From: a virus
Lineage: Duplodnaviria; Caudoviricetes
DNA: 64,000 bases
Virus record (IMG/VR): IMGVR_UViG_3300012020_000004
Location: 1 to 64,000 of that record
Direction: 5' to 3' (one strand)
The position numbers and the translations under genes are program-made. This document shows, piece after piece, positions 27,536-37,062 of the stretch (the first letter of the stretch is position 1; the number at the start of each line of letters is the position of its first letter). The notes beneath the pieces were generated by a model that did no database searches, had not been told where the DNA came from, and saw only the letters and a list, made by a program, of their open reading frames with translations.

Positions 27536-28528
27536 ATGCCATATTACACCGGAACAGCAACTAGCTACGCGAACCTGGCGTCAACATTGACTGCGGCCCT
27601 CACTAGCCACGGGTGGCTAAGCTCTGATGGCATTTTGTCTAAGGGTGACCTGTTTGTGAAGATAACGACCAGCGAGTCTTTTGTCTCTATCTATTCTCCA
27701 GAAGGCATAGCTGTCCAAGGCGGGACAGGGAAGACTGGCAGCACCCTCACTGGCGCATCCTTGGTAAGGCCCCGGTTTGGCAGACCAAGGAGCTCTGTGG
27801 CTGCTATGTCATGGCCTCTGGAGTACTTTATCCACATATTCACAAACCCAGATGAGGTGTACCTGATAGCCAGGTATAACGTAAACCTATTTACGTTTGT
27901 GTCCTTTGGGAAAAGCACAGTTCCCAACATTGGTGGAACGGGCTTGTGGGTAACTGGGTCCAATAACTGGATGGAACACAGTCAGTACTCAATCCCCTAC
28001 ACGCTTACACCAACGTTAGGCGGGGTGGATTACTCCTACTCCTATCACTACCCAGCGGCCCCGGGAGCGCCTTTTTGGGAGTCTGTGTGGAGCTCCTACA
28101 ACGACGACAGGCATGCCGACTATAGGTCAGCAACACTGCACGCCAATTTGATGGCGTACCCCATAGAGTGGATGGGGTATGAGACTACTGCGAGTGAGGG
28201 CACCCCCATCAACGCTGTTCTTTATGCTGCCCCTCTGATAAGTAGACTTCCATCAGCCTGGAATGCAGAGGCGACACTAGTGCCAATCCAGGTTTACGCC
28301 ACCGTAGCCAGCGCTAAGTGCTCCCTGGTTGTGGACGTAGCCCATGCTAGGTATACGCGAATAGACAACTACGAGCCTGGGCAGGTGATCACACTCGGCC
28401 CTGACAAATGGAAAATCTACCCGTTTGTTAGTAAGAACACTAGTAACAGAGACTGTGCCAGCTTAAACAGTTCGTCTACGCCTCAGTCTGGCACCCTGGG
28501 GTGGGCAATCAGGTACGACGGGGTTTAA
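27536..28528 (+). CDS. Tail-tip structural protein
   Basis: RYTRIDNYEPGQVITLGPDKWKIYP...SGTLGWAIRYDG pattern; synteny. Confidence 0.7.
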   Translation: MPYYTGTATSYANLASTLTAALTSHGWLSSDGILSKGDLFVKITTSESFVSIYSPEGIAVQGGTGKTGSTLTGASLVRPRFGRPRSSVAAMSWPLEYFIHIFTNPDEVYLIARYNVNLFTFVSFGKSTVPNIGGTGLWVTGSNNWMEHSQYSIPYTLTPTLGGVDYSYSYHYPAAPGAPFWESVWSSYNDDRHADYRSATLHANLMAYPIEWMGYETTASEGTPINAVLYAAPLISRLPSAWNAEATLVPIQVYATVASAKCSLVVDVAHARYTRIDNYEPGQVITLGPDKWKIYPFVSKNTSNRDCASLNSSSTPQSGTLGWAIRYDGV

Positions 28529-28530
28529 TT

Positions 28531-30189
28531 ATGCCAGAAATACAGAGCATCGAGACTACACGCATACTGGGGGGAGTGGTCAATGAGTACCTAGGAGACC
28601 ACTTTCACCAGTATGTGGACGAGTTTGATACGCTTGATGCCTGGCTGGTAGGGCCCACCAGCGTATCACCATACGTAAACAATGCCCCAGTATCTGCGGC
28701 CCCCCGGACTATCCTGGGGAGTATACTGAAGAGCTATCTAAGTGATTACTACGACCGTGTTCACATCCGCCCGAGCTATATAGACCTCGGGAATATGCTG
28801 TCTACGCAAACAAGGGAGGTAGAGGTTTGGTCTGCGTTCTTCACACCCTCTACGCTCTTGTCCACCGCGGCTGAGGACCTTGACAATGTTGATGTCACCC
28901 CATCTATTATACCTCCGGTGTTCTTTGCCCCCCTGCAGGCCAGAACATACAGTGTAAGTGTGGGAATTTCAGGGTCTCCGACTATATCTGGCTCGTATAG
29001 CTTTACATTCAACCTAGGCACAGCGAGCCTAGCCATTGACGGCCGCAGAGTGTTGGTTTGGCCCTTTATGCCGCAGACCACGCACAGAGAGGCACTTGAG
29101 TGGAAAACAGACGTTATTCAGAGCTTCAGTAGCGAGCAGAGGATAGCACTCAGGGCAGAGCCCAGGCAGTCGTTTAATTACACCTACATGCTTACGCCAC
29201 ACGAGTTCAGCATGGCAAAGGCCCTGTCTACCCAGTGGGCCCACCGTGTTTATGGCATCCCCGTTTGGTCGGAGCTCTCCCATGTTGGCCCTATCCCTAT
29301 GGGAACAACCTCGATCTCTGTAGACACTACGGCAGCGGACTACAGGTCAAATGATGTCATCATAGTGTGGCAGGACAGTGAGAACGAACTTGCTGTCGAG
29401 ACAACCTCAGTGCAGGCCGGGAGTATCTCACTAAAGCTCCCGCTTCCACGAAGCTTTACAAACGCTTATGTTGCACCTCTTAGGTTTGCAAGAACTTACA
29501 GTGGTGTTGACTACACGCGAGCTGGCGGCGAGGTGGTCGTCTCTAAAGCTACGTTCTCTGTAACCCAGAACACACAGCTAAGCGCAGCCGCTGGGTACCC
29601 AACCTACCGTGGAAAGGAGGTTGTAACAGACAGGACAGTGCTGGTAGGTGACATCACTGAGAGAATACTTAGGCCAGTAGACGTGTTTGACAACGAGTCT
29701 GGCGTTGTAGAGGTTGATACCCAAGATAATTGGGTTAGGCATCACCAGGTGCTTACGATCAGCACTAAGAGTAGGACTGACAGGTGGAAGGCTAGGCGGT
29801 GGCTGCATAGCTTGCAAGGCAAACAGAATACTTTCTGGCTGGTTTCCTGGAACAAGGACTTAGATGTTCTGGTCCCGCTTACCCCGGAAACGTCTGGACT
29901 GGTTATAAGAGCTATCAACTACCCAGTTCTTTACGGAGTTAAAGATATTATGATAAGGCTCAAGAGCGGCACTACCTTGTTTAGGCGCGTGCTTAGCGCC
30001 GTAGCTAACAATGATGGTACGGAGACGCTGGCCTTAGACGCTAACCTTGGTGTGAGCTCCAGCGTCAATGACATTGACATTGTCTGCTTTATGTCCCATG
30101 TCCGCCTCGATTCAGACTCCGTGGAGCTAAGCCACGAGTATAATGGCCAGGTCTCAGCTAACATCGCTGTCATTGAGGTGCCAGTATGA
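28531..30189 (+). CDS. Tail-tip structural protein (552 aa)
   Basis: DYYDRVHIRP and EALEWKTDVIQS...EQRIALR motifs; synteny. Confidence 0.7.
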   Translation: MPEIQSIETTRILGGVVNEYLGDHFHQYVDEFDTLDAWLVGPTSVSPYVNNAPVSAAPRTILGSILKSYLSDYYDRVHIRPSYIDLGNMLSTQTREVEVWSAFFTPSTLLSTAAEDLDNVDVTPSIIPPVFFAPLQARTYSVSVGISGSPTISGSYSFTFNLGTASLAIDGRRVLVWPFMPQTTHREALEWKTDVIQSFSSEQRIALRAEPRQSFNYTYMLTPHEFSMAKALSTQWAHRVYGIPVWSELSHVGPIPMGTTSISVDTTAADYRSNDVIIVWQDSENELAVETTSVQAGSISLKLPLPRSFTNAYVAPLRFARTYSGVDYTRAGGEVVVSKATFSVTQNTQLSAAAGYPTYRGKEVVTDRTVLVGDITERILRPVDVFDNESGVVEVDTQDNWVRHHQVLTISTKSRTDRWKARRWLHSLQGKQNTFWLVSWNKDLDVLVPLTPETSGLVIRAINYPVLYGVKDIMIRLKSGTTLFRRVLSAVANNDGTETLALDANLGVSSSVNDIDIVCFMSHVRLDSDSVELSHEYNGQVSANIAVIEVPV

Positions 30190-30995
30190 CCTACGCAGCT
30201 TACGAAGCGTCCGCCGCAGGCGGGGCCCCGCTGGAGCTTTACGCGTTCACCCAGGGAGCTAAGAGCTGGTACTACTCCTCTGGTACCCAGGAGTTCTCGA
30301 ATCTTGGGAGACTTTTCGTACCCTATCCAATAAAGCGCGACCGCATAAAGCAGGGAGGGGATGCGCTTAAGGAGACGTTGACACTGACATTCCCCCGGGG
30401 AAACGAGTTCGCATCACAGTTTCTTGGGCTTGCTCCTGACGCTGTGACTACAGTGAGCGTCTACCGCATGCACTGGACTGACCCCGACAAGCAACTTATC
30501 CAGTACTGGAAAGGCAGGGTTGCGGGGGCCAAAGCAGACGGGAACACAATACAGATTGAATGTGAGTCTGTGTTCACCTCTATAAAGCGTCCAGGCCTTC
30601 GCGCCAGGTTTGAGCTTAGCTGCCGGCACACTCTATACGCTCGTGGTTGTGGCCTTAACCAGGAATCATACGTTTTTTCTGGCCCACTAATCTCTATTTC
30701 TGGTGGCGTGGTGCTCAGAGTTCAGGGGTCTGGCGTATTCCCCGGTGGATATTTTACTGGCGGGATGGTGGTAGCACCAGACGCTAGCAGTAGGTTCATC
30801 GTGGCGCACACCTCCGATCAGGTCACTGTTTCAAGGCCGTTTAATACACTTGCGGGTAATGCTGAGTTGCGGTTGTATCCTGGGTGCGACCACCTGAGGA
30901 CAACTTGTAATACCAAGTTCAACAACCTGGATAATTTTGGCGGGTTCCCGTGGATTCCAATCAAAAACCCGTTTACCATGAGCTCTATTGTGTGA
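30186..30995 (+). CDS. BR0599/DUF2163-family tail hub protein
   Basis: C-terminal YPGCDHLRTTCNTKFNNLDNFGGFPWIP motif. Confidence 0.85.
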   Translation: MTYAAYEASAAGGAPLELYAFTQGAKSWYYSSGTQEFSNLGRLFVPYPIKRDRIKQGGDALKETLTLTFPRGNEFASQFLGLAPDAVTTVSVYRMHWTDPDKQLIQYWKGRVAGAKADGNTIQIECESVFTSIKRPGLRARFELSCRHTLYARGCGLNQESYVFSGPLISISGGVVLRVQGSGVFPGGYFTGGMVVAPDASSRFIVAHTSDQVTVSRPFNTLAGNAELRLYPGCDHLRTTCNTKFNNLDNFGGFPWIPIKNPFTMSSIV

Positions 30996-31003
30996 GGTAG
31001 TTT

Positions 31004-31234
31004 ATGTGGTGGTATGTTGCTCTATGGGTTGCATCTTTCGTTGTCAGCTATGTGCTAATGCCAAAGCCGCAAAATGCAAAGCCGCCCGGGCTGGACGAGA
31101 TCAAGGCACCTACCGCAGAAGTCGGAAGAGAGATCCCTGTCCTGTTCGGAAGAAGAAAGCTTGAGGGGCCTAACGTTGTCTGGTACGGCGACATTAAGCT
31201 TGAGGCCATCAGGAAGAAAGGGGGCAAGAAGTGA
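31004..31234 (+). CDS. Small tail assembly protein
   Basis: Hydrophobic N-terminus; PTAEVGREIPVLFG...NVVWYGD. Confidence 0.75.
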   Translation: MWWYVALWVASFVVSYVLMPKPQNAKPPGLDEIKAPTAEVGREIPVLFGRRKLEGPNVVWYGDIKLEAIRKKGGKK

Positions 31235-31431
31235 ACAATATTGTTGTCAGAATTGAGCACTGCCGTAAGTTGCTCTACTGCAGCCGAGGCATCCGGGACC
31301 TCCTTGGCAGGTACGGGTTCGACTACTCCGATTTTCTGGCAAACGGCGTAGATGCTCAAGCTTTGCTAGAGGCATCTAACTACGACGCTATGGTCGTAGA
31401 CGTTGTGGAGGTGGCACGTGGGGAAGAGTAA
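31231..31431 (+). CDS. Small tail assembly protein
   Basis: YCSRGIRDLL..YGFDYSDFLANG family pattern; overlaps both neighbours. Confidence 0.7.
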   Translation: MNNIVVRIEHCRKLLYCSRGIRDLLGRYGFDYSDFLANGVDAQALLEASNYDAMVVDVVEVARGEE

Positions 31432-33592
31432 GAAAGTTACCGTGGGGTACAGGTACTATGTCGGTATGCACATGGTACTTTGTCACGGGCCCGTGGATGC
31501 TGTGACAGCCATCGAGGTTGATGGGCGTCAGGCCTGGGCGGGGACATCCACTGGGGGCAGCGTTGCGGTCAACTCCCCGGATCTGTTCGGGGGTGAGAGC
31601 AGAGAGGGTGGGGTTGTGGGCACAGTCGACATACTCATGGGGGGCATCACCCAAGGGCGAAACGACTACCTGCAGTCTAAGCTGGGAACGGACATCCCGG
31701 CTTTTCGGGGGGTCCTTAGTGCTATCCTACGGCAGGTCTATGTAGGTAACAACCCATACCTGAAGAGTTGGTCGTTCTGGGCTAGCCGCAGGAACGTCAG
31801 GCTAGACGGACAACCACAGTGGTACCTGAGCAAGGTTGCTGTTGGCAGCGACATGAACCCCGCCCACATAATTCGGGAGTGCTTGACTGACCCCTCGTGG
31901 GGCATGGGATACCCGGAGGCGGATATTGACGACCAGTCTTTTACCAGTGCCGCTGACATTCTTCACTCAGAGGGGCTAGGGATGTCCCTGCTGTGGGACC
32001 GCTCTATGCCCTTGAATGAGTTCCTGTCAGAGGTGCTCAAACACATAGACGCCAGCCTTTATGTTAGTCGGGCCACAGGAAAATTTACGCTAAAGCTAAT
32101 CCGCAGTGATTACAGCGCCCCCTCTCTTCTTGAGCTTAACGAGAGCAATGTCTCTAAACTGTCCGACTTCAAGCGTAACACTATTGGGGAGCTCATCAAC
32201 TCTGTAACCGTGCAGTTTTGGGATGGGACCACGGGTAAAGACAACTCTGTCACTGTGCAGGACATAGCCCTGGTTGCACAGCAGGGCGCGACGGTGGGTA
32301 CGACGATCCAGTTCCCTGGGTTTACAACCGGCGACAACGCCACAAAAGCTGCGGCTCGGTCTCTCAAGGCGCTCTCGACGCCCCTCGCTAGCTGCACTGT
32401 ATATACCAACAGAGTTGCGTATAACCTCAACGTAGGCGATGTCTTCAAGCTTAACTGGCCGCGCTATGGGGTCACCTCCTTGGTAATGCGGGTTAGCAAC
32501 ATTGAGTTTGGCGCCCTAGATAATAATGAAATCAGGATTACCGCTGTCGAGGATGTGTTTGGTACGTCAGCGGCTGTATATGCGCCCCCTCCCCCGAGCG
32601 AGTGGACAAACCCTGTAAGCGTCCCAGCACCCTGCCCATACCATGTGACGATAGACGCCCCCTATTGGGAGCTGGTTCCACGGCTTGGTGAGGCTGCGAC
32701 CCAGGCACTGCCAACTACTGTGTCGTATTTAGTGGCTACTGGCGTTCGCCCCTCAGGTGACGCAGTCAGTGCGAAGCTCTACACGGACCCAGGTAACACG
32801 GGCGCGTGGCAGGAAGCCAACACTGTTGACTTCTGTCCCACGGCAGTTCTAGCCACAACCACGACGTTCAACGACACGGTGTGGACGATCAACAGCGGCA
32901 TCGACCTGACCCTGGTCTCCATTGGAACCTACGCCCTGATTGACAACGAGTTTGTCGCCGTTACTGCGATCAGCGCTTCGTCCATCACAGTGCTGAGAGG
33001 TGTGCTTGACACAGTCCCCGCCATCCACACTTCCGGGGCGCGTCTCTTCTTCATAGAGGACACCTGCGAGACGGATGGCGTGGAGTATGCGACCGGGGAG
33101 ACAGCCAGGATAAGGCTCCTGCCGACGACTGGCAGAGGGACGCTGGCCATCAACTCGGCGACGACTCAGAGCCGCACCCTGTCAGGGCGGCAGGCCAGGC
33201 CGTACCCGCCGCAGCGGATACGGATCAACGACCTAGCCTACCCTAGCAGTGTCCCGGGCGATGCCAACATCAGCGTCTCCTGGGCACACAGAGATCGGCT
33301 GCAGCAAACAGTCTCCCTCGTGGGGACAGAGACGGGGAGCATCGGGCCGGAGGCCGGTACCACGTACACAGTTCGACTGCTCCTGGCTTCTGGAACCGTG
33401 ATAACCACCCAGTCTGGCCTGACTGGCGCCACTGCTACTTTCACTCTAGCAAACATGGGGGCTAATTACGGTGCGCTCAGGCTGCAGGTCTGGGCTACCA
33501 GGTCGACCTTGGACAGTCACCAGATCCACGACATTCCGTTCCTGCGCGCAGGCTACGGGACAACCTATGGCAATTCCTACGGAGGTGCATGA
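31418..33592 (+). CDS. Central tail protein / tail-tip host-specificity protein
   Basis: GTG start MGKSKKVTVGYRYYVGMH; MNPAHIIRECLT; TP-J-like tail domain. Confidence 0.8.
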   Translation: MGKSKKVTVGYRYYVGMHMVLCHGPVDAVTAIEVDGRQAWAGTSTGGSVAVNSPDLFGGESREGGVVGTVDILMGGITQGRNDYLQSKLGTDIPAFRGVLSAILRQVYVGNNPYLKSWSFWASRRNVRLDGQPQWYLSKVAVGSDMNPAHIIRECLTDPSWGMGYPEADIDDQSFTSAADILHSEGLGMSLLWDRSMPLNEFLSEVLKHIDASLYVSRATGKFTLKLIRSDYSAPSLLELNESNVSKLSDFKRNTIGELINSVTVQFWDGTTGKDNSVTVQDIALVAQQGATVGTTIQFPGFTTGDNATKAAARSLKALSTPLASCTVYTNRVAYNLNVGDVFKLNWPRYGVTSLVMRVSNIEFGALDNNEIRITAVEDVFGTSAAVYAPPPPSEWTNPVSVPAPCPYHVTIDAPYWELVPRLGEAATQALPTTVSYLVATGVRPSGDAVSAKLYTDPGNTGAWQEANTVDFCPTAVLATTTTFNDTVWTINSGIDLTLVSIGTYALIDNEFVAVTAISASSITVLRGVLDTVPAIHTSGARLFFIEDTCETDGVEYATGETARIRLLPTTGRGTLAINSATTQSRTLSGRQARPYPPQRIRINDLAYPSSVPGDANISVSWAHRDRLQQTVSLVGTETGSIGPEAGTTYTVRLLLASGTVITTQSGLTGATATFTLANMGANYGALRLQVWATRSTLDSHQIHDIPFLRAGYGTTYGNSYGGA

Positions 33593-33948
33593 TGGCAGCA
33601 CAAACTGAACCGAGAAGTGGTATTCAATATGGCTGGACACTAGGGGAGAACTCCTGGCACACCAGTATGGACGCGAACCTGTTGTGGTTGGGCAGATTTG
33701 GGACCCACCTCAGCGTCAAGGACCGGGGCCTCAGCACGCCCCCGGCGTCCCCTGCTGCGGGCGACACCTACATCGTCGGCCCTGCCGCCACGGGCGCCTG
33801 GGCCACGCACGAGAACAAGGTCGCAGTGTGGACGGGGTCAGCCTGGGCGCTGGGCACGCCTCGCGTCGGTTGGATGGCCTTCATCGAAGATGAGGCAGTC
33901 CTGTCTGCCTACAAGGCAACAGGATGGTCAGCTGGCGTTGCTTTCTAG
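33589..33948 (+). CDS. DUF2793-like small virion protein
   Basis: PPASPAAGDTYIVG..ATGAW..HE..VAVW...W....PRVGW motif. Confidence 0.8.
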   Translation: MMAAQTEPRSGIQYGWTLGENSWHTSMDANLLWLGRFGTHLSVKDRGLSTPPASPAAGDTYIVGPAATGAWATHENKVAVWTGSAWALGTPRVGWMAFIEDEAVLSAYKATGWSAGVAF

Positions 33949-33965
33949 TTTGCCGTAGGGGCCTT

Positions 33966-33993
33966 CCCCGCGCACCTCCATGAGGGCGCGGGG
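33966..33993. terminator. Terminator at the convergence of the late and early/middle arms
   Basis: ccccgcgc-a-cctc-cat-gagg-gcgcgggg followed by ctttt. Confidence 0.7.
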
Positions 33994-34080
33994 CTTTTAT
34001 GTCAAATGCAGGAATAGCAACATAGTATCCACTTACGCCATCTTCTTGATCGTGACGTATTTGGTGCCCATGTCCTGGTC

Positions 34081-34428
34081 CTACCTAAGCTTACGAATCT
34101 TCAGCGGCTTTGGCAACTTTGTTGCCGGCACTTCACTAGCTGAGCGCTGTACCACAACTTCCTGCAGTACCTCAGGTGTAGGCAGCCCAGGCTCGCTGGA
34201 GAGCCGGGACAGGAACTCAATCCGCCTCGCCAACTCCCGTGTCCAGCCTATCAGGTACCCTTGCTGCATATGCTTAATCAGCAGCCCGTGAACCTTCTGT
34301 AGGCGCTCTGTCAAGACACCGACCCTGTCCTCATCAGGTACTGCTTTCACTGTCTGGTAGCAATCTTCACACACAACCTTGTCCCCTAGTGCTCTACCGG
34401 CCCAGGAGTCACAATAGTAGCAGCCCAT
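34081..34428 (-). CDS. Hypothetical protein with N-terminal C4 zinc motif
   Basis: CYYC...CEDC; AAGGA RBS. Confidence 0.6.
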   Translation of the reverse strand: MGCYYCDSWAGRALGDKVVCEDCYQTVKAVPDEDRVGVLTERLQKVHGLLIKHMQQGYLIGWTRELARRIEFLSRLSSEPGLPTPEVLQEVVVQRSASEVPATKLPKPLKIRKLR

Positions 34429-34542
34429 GTTCTTATCCTTATGCGGGTGCCCGCCCACGCTTTTCCCGCAGCACCCTTAGGTGTTCGTCATGCTGACCTG
34501 ACGATGGCCTGAACCGTGGTGGTTCCGTGGGCGGGCGGTGAC

Positions 34543-34779
34543 TTACTTGATGCTGCAGTCTAGCCTGTTGAGTGCAGCAAACGTGTCCTTGAGGTTGCCT
34601 ACTTTGACGTCCCTCCAGAGCCCCATTCGAATCTGCTCCCACTTGTCTTCAGGGCTGTGAAGAGAGGACAACTGAACCACCGGGTACCTGATCTGAACGA
34701 CCAGGTGCCCGAACAGTCCGCGACGTAGACGAATCTCGGGTTCGCCCATCTCCTTGGTGGGCAGGATCGGGGCCACCAT
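34543..34779 (-). CDS. Hypothetical protein (78 aa)
   Basis: Start overlaps the thyX stop. Confidence 0.55.
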   Translation of the reverse strand: MVAPILPTKEMGEPEIRLRRGLFGHLVVQIRYPVVQLSSLHSPEDKWEQIRMGLWRDVKVGNLKDTFAALNRLDCSIK

Positions 34780-35414
34780 CAGGGTTGCTCCATCGCAGAC
34801 CAGACCACGGGCACCTGCAGAGCAAGTTCGTCGCTGATCGACTGGGCAATCAACCGGTGTTCCTTCTGGGTTTCAGGCTGCGTGCGGAGCTGGCAGTAGT
34901 GCATCCATGAGCGCAGGGTCCCACTCATGTACATGCGACTGGGTGTCAAGCCCTCTGGCAGCACGGCCCGGGCCTGTTCCTTGGCCACACCCATCTCGAG
35001 AGCCTGTTGGTACGCTGCCAGCGCAACGCCGCTGGCCTTCGCCTGAAGCTGAGCCCACAGGCCATGCTTGGACTGATCGTCCGTGGTCAGGCTGTTCTGG
35101 CGGTTCTTCGTGTCCTGTAGGCGACATTCGCGCAATTGCGCGGCAGGCAGCAAGGACACATCAGCGTACCGCTGACTGAACTCCTGGAACGAGAACGAGC
35201 GGTGTCTCAGGATCTGCCGAGCGATGTCGCGTGTGGTCTCGATCTCGAACACTGCGCTAGCCATCTCGAAGGGGGACCAATGTTGGTGCTTAACCATGTA
35301 CCGAAGCAGGCCCTCCACATTCTCGTTGTCCTGGTTCTGTGGGTTAGACACCCGAGCAATGTAGCCGAGCAGCTTCTCGGCGTCGGGTGTAATCCAGATT
35401 AGTTTTACGCTCAT
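34779..35414 (-). CDS. thyX: Flavin-dependent thymidylate synthase
   Basis: RHRSFSFQEFSQRY ThyX signature; HWSPFEM; AREQARAVLP-like motif. Confidence 0.95.
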   Translation of the reverse strand: MSVKLIWITPDAEKLLGYIARVSNPQNQDNENVEGLLRYMVKHQHWSPFEMASAVFEIETTRDIARQILRHRSFSFQEFSQRYADVSLLPAAQLRECRLQDTKNRQNSLTTDDQSKHGLWAQLQAKASGVALAAYQQALEMGVAKEQARAVLPEGLTPSRMYMSGTLRSWMHYCQLRTQPETQKEHRLIAQSISDELALQVPVVWSAMEQP

Positions 35415-35992
35415 TGAACACTCCTCCAGGACTCACCGGAGACAGCCCTATGTGCTGTCATAGTCGACACACCGAACCTTTTAGCAAGCTTAGCGTAGGG
35501 TGTCTTCTCCGTCTCTCTGACAAGTCTCATCAGCTTTACATCTTCGTCCGAAAGTTTTCTCGATCTTTCAACAAGGAGGTGGGCATGTTTTTTAGCCCTA
35601 CTAGACTTGACCTCTGCTGGAATGTCAGCTCTATTCTGCACGTAAGTACCCGGGCAGAGGTTATCAAACCTGTTGTCTGTCTTAACGTCGTTAAGGTGCC
35701 GGACCACCTCAGCAGCCAGAGCTGCTTCCCCATAGAAACAGTAAGCCACGAACCTGTGGACCAGGACAGATTTTCTGCCCGCCCTAGGGCCAACCGCGGG
35801 CTTGAATGTTAAGTACCCTGTACTGTTGGGCCGGCCCGTTAGAGTATTGCCAAACGGGGTCTGCACTGTTCCGTTTTGGTTGGCCCTATACCCCGCTTTG
35901 TATGCAAGGATTATTGCGTTGTCTGAAAGACTAAGCCTTCTTTCGTCGCCCATGTGCATGATGTACTCACACGAAATGTCTTCCTTGATCAT
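35411..35992 (-). CDS. HNH homing endonuclease with C-terminal HTH
   Basis: VHRFVA...VRHLNDVKTDNRFDNL HNH core; YAKLAKRFGVSTMTAHR HTH. Confidence 0.88.
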   Translation of the reverse strand: MIKEDISCEYIMHMGDERRLSLSDNAIILAYKAGYRANQNGTVQTPFGNTLTGRPNSTGYLTFKPAVGPRAGRKSVLVHRFVAYCFYGEAALAAEVVRHLNDVKTDNRFDNLCPGTYVQNRADIPAEVKSSRAKKHAHLLVERSRKLSDEDVKLMRLVRETEKTPYAKLAKRFGVSTMTAHRAVSGESWRSVQ

Positions 35993-36189
35993 TTACTATC
36001 CTCCAAGCGCATCTCAAGGTTAGCGATAGCCACCGCAACCTGAGCCATGTCTCCGGCCAGCTCTTTGGCCATAGCTTTGATACTCTCTGCAGTTTCAAGG
36101 ATGTTGTCTCGCTCTTCCTGATCAAGCTCCAGGAGGCTACCCTTGATCATCAGCAGCATTGCTCTCGCTTGATTCTTCTCTTCACTCAT
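35989..36189 (-). CDS. Hypothetical protein
   Basis: Overlapping start/stop with both neighbours. Confidence 0.6.
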   Translation of the reverse strand: MSEEKNQARAMLLMIKGSLLELDQEERDNILETAESIKAMAKELAGDMAQVAVAIANLEMRLEDSK

Positions 36190-36650
36190 TTCAAATCCTC
36201 AGGATAAAAATAAACATCTACGCCAGCTTCCGACAACATCTCGAAGGCAATCTTCTCATCTTCACTCCAGTCAAACCGGAGCTCACCTGTACCAGGGTGC
36301 CTGATCTCCGGGGCTATTACACGTTTGACGCCAGCTTGAATCAGCATGCCCGCGCAGATTGCACAGGGGTGCAACGAGGTGAGGATCAGTGTCGTGCCCT
36401 CGAGTACCGGGCGTGCGGCCTGGGCGATGACGTTCATCTCTGCGTGGACCGTCCAACGATACTTAGCCGGTCTTTCGTGCCTCTCCCCCCGGAGGTCATC
36501 AACCCCCCGGGGGAAACCGTTATAGCCAGACCCCTTGATGACCATAGCGTCATCAAGGGCCACAGCCCCCACCTTAGTGCTTCGGTCCTTGCTCCGGCCC
36601 TGGGCCGCCTTGGCGTCGGGGAGAAACTTCAACATCTTGTCCATGTTCAT
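36186..36650 (-). CDS. dCMP deaminase-family protein
   Basis: SKDRSTKVGAV, GYNGFPRG, HAE, PCAIC. Confidence 0.92.
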   Translation of the reverse strand: MNMDKMLKFLPDAKAAQGRSKDRSTKVGAVALDDAMVIKGSGYNGFPRGVDDLRGERHERPAKYRWTVHAEMNVIAQAARPVLEGTTLILTSLHPCAICAGMLIQAGVKRVIAPEIRHPGTGELRFDWSEDEKIAFEMLSEAGVDVYFYPEDLK

Positions 36651-36847
36651 TGCAGCATCGCCCCTTCTTCCATATCGTCCTCATCTCGAATGGCGCCGAC
36701 CTGATACAGCAAGTCTCCCAGCATCTCGAAGACCTGCACGGCGGCAGGGATGGCGAGAATGGCCGTGTCCCCATCGTTGACCTTGATGGCAATAGCGGGC
36801 CCCTCGTGCCCGTCCACCGCCACAATACCCATCATCACACCCTTCAT
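36647..36847 (-). CDS. Hypothetical protein
   Basis: Overlapping start/stop with both neighbours. Confidence 0.55.
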   Translation of the reverse strand: MKGVMMGIVAVDGHEGPAIAIKVNDGDTAILAIPAAVQVFEMLGDLLYQVGAIRDEDDMEEGAMLQ

Positions 36848-37053
36848 TCTTCCACCTTCTCGGCTACAACGGTTGACAGCCCAGCCACGATCACCAACAG
36901 CTCCTCCGGCGTAAGGAGGTACTCCACCGTTAGCTTAACCAAGTCTCCAGCCTTGGCTCCGAGCTGAATATCTGTGGCTCTCCGGGTGCTGATCCCTATT
37001 GAGTCGACAGCCGCGGCCAGTTTACTGGAGTTGACTACTGAAAAAGAAGACAC
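36844..37053 (-). CDS. Hypothetical protein
   Basis: GAGG RBS; overlap with the next gene. Confidence 0.5.
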   Translation of the reverse strand: MSSFSVVNSSKLAAAVDSIGISTRRATDIQLGAKAGDLVKLTVEYLLTPEELLVIVAGLSTVVAEKVEE

Positions 37054-37062
37054 GACATTACC

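Noticed and set aside
34034-34072. 12-codon ORF MGTKYVTIKKMA after an AGGA RBS
   Set aside because: Too short to support without conservation or ribosome data.
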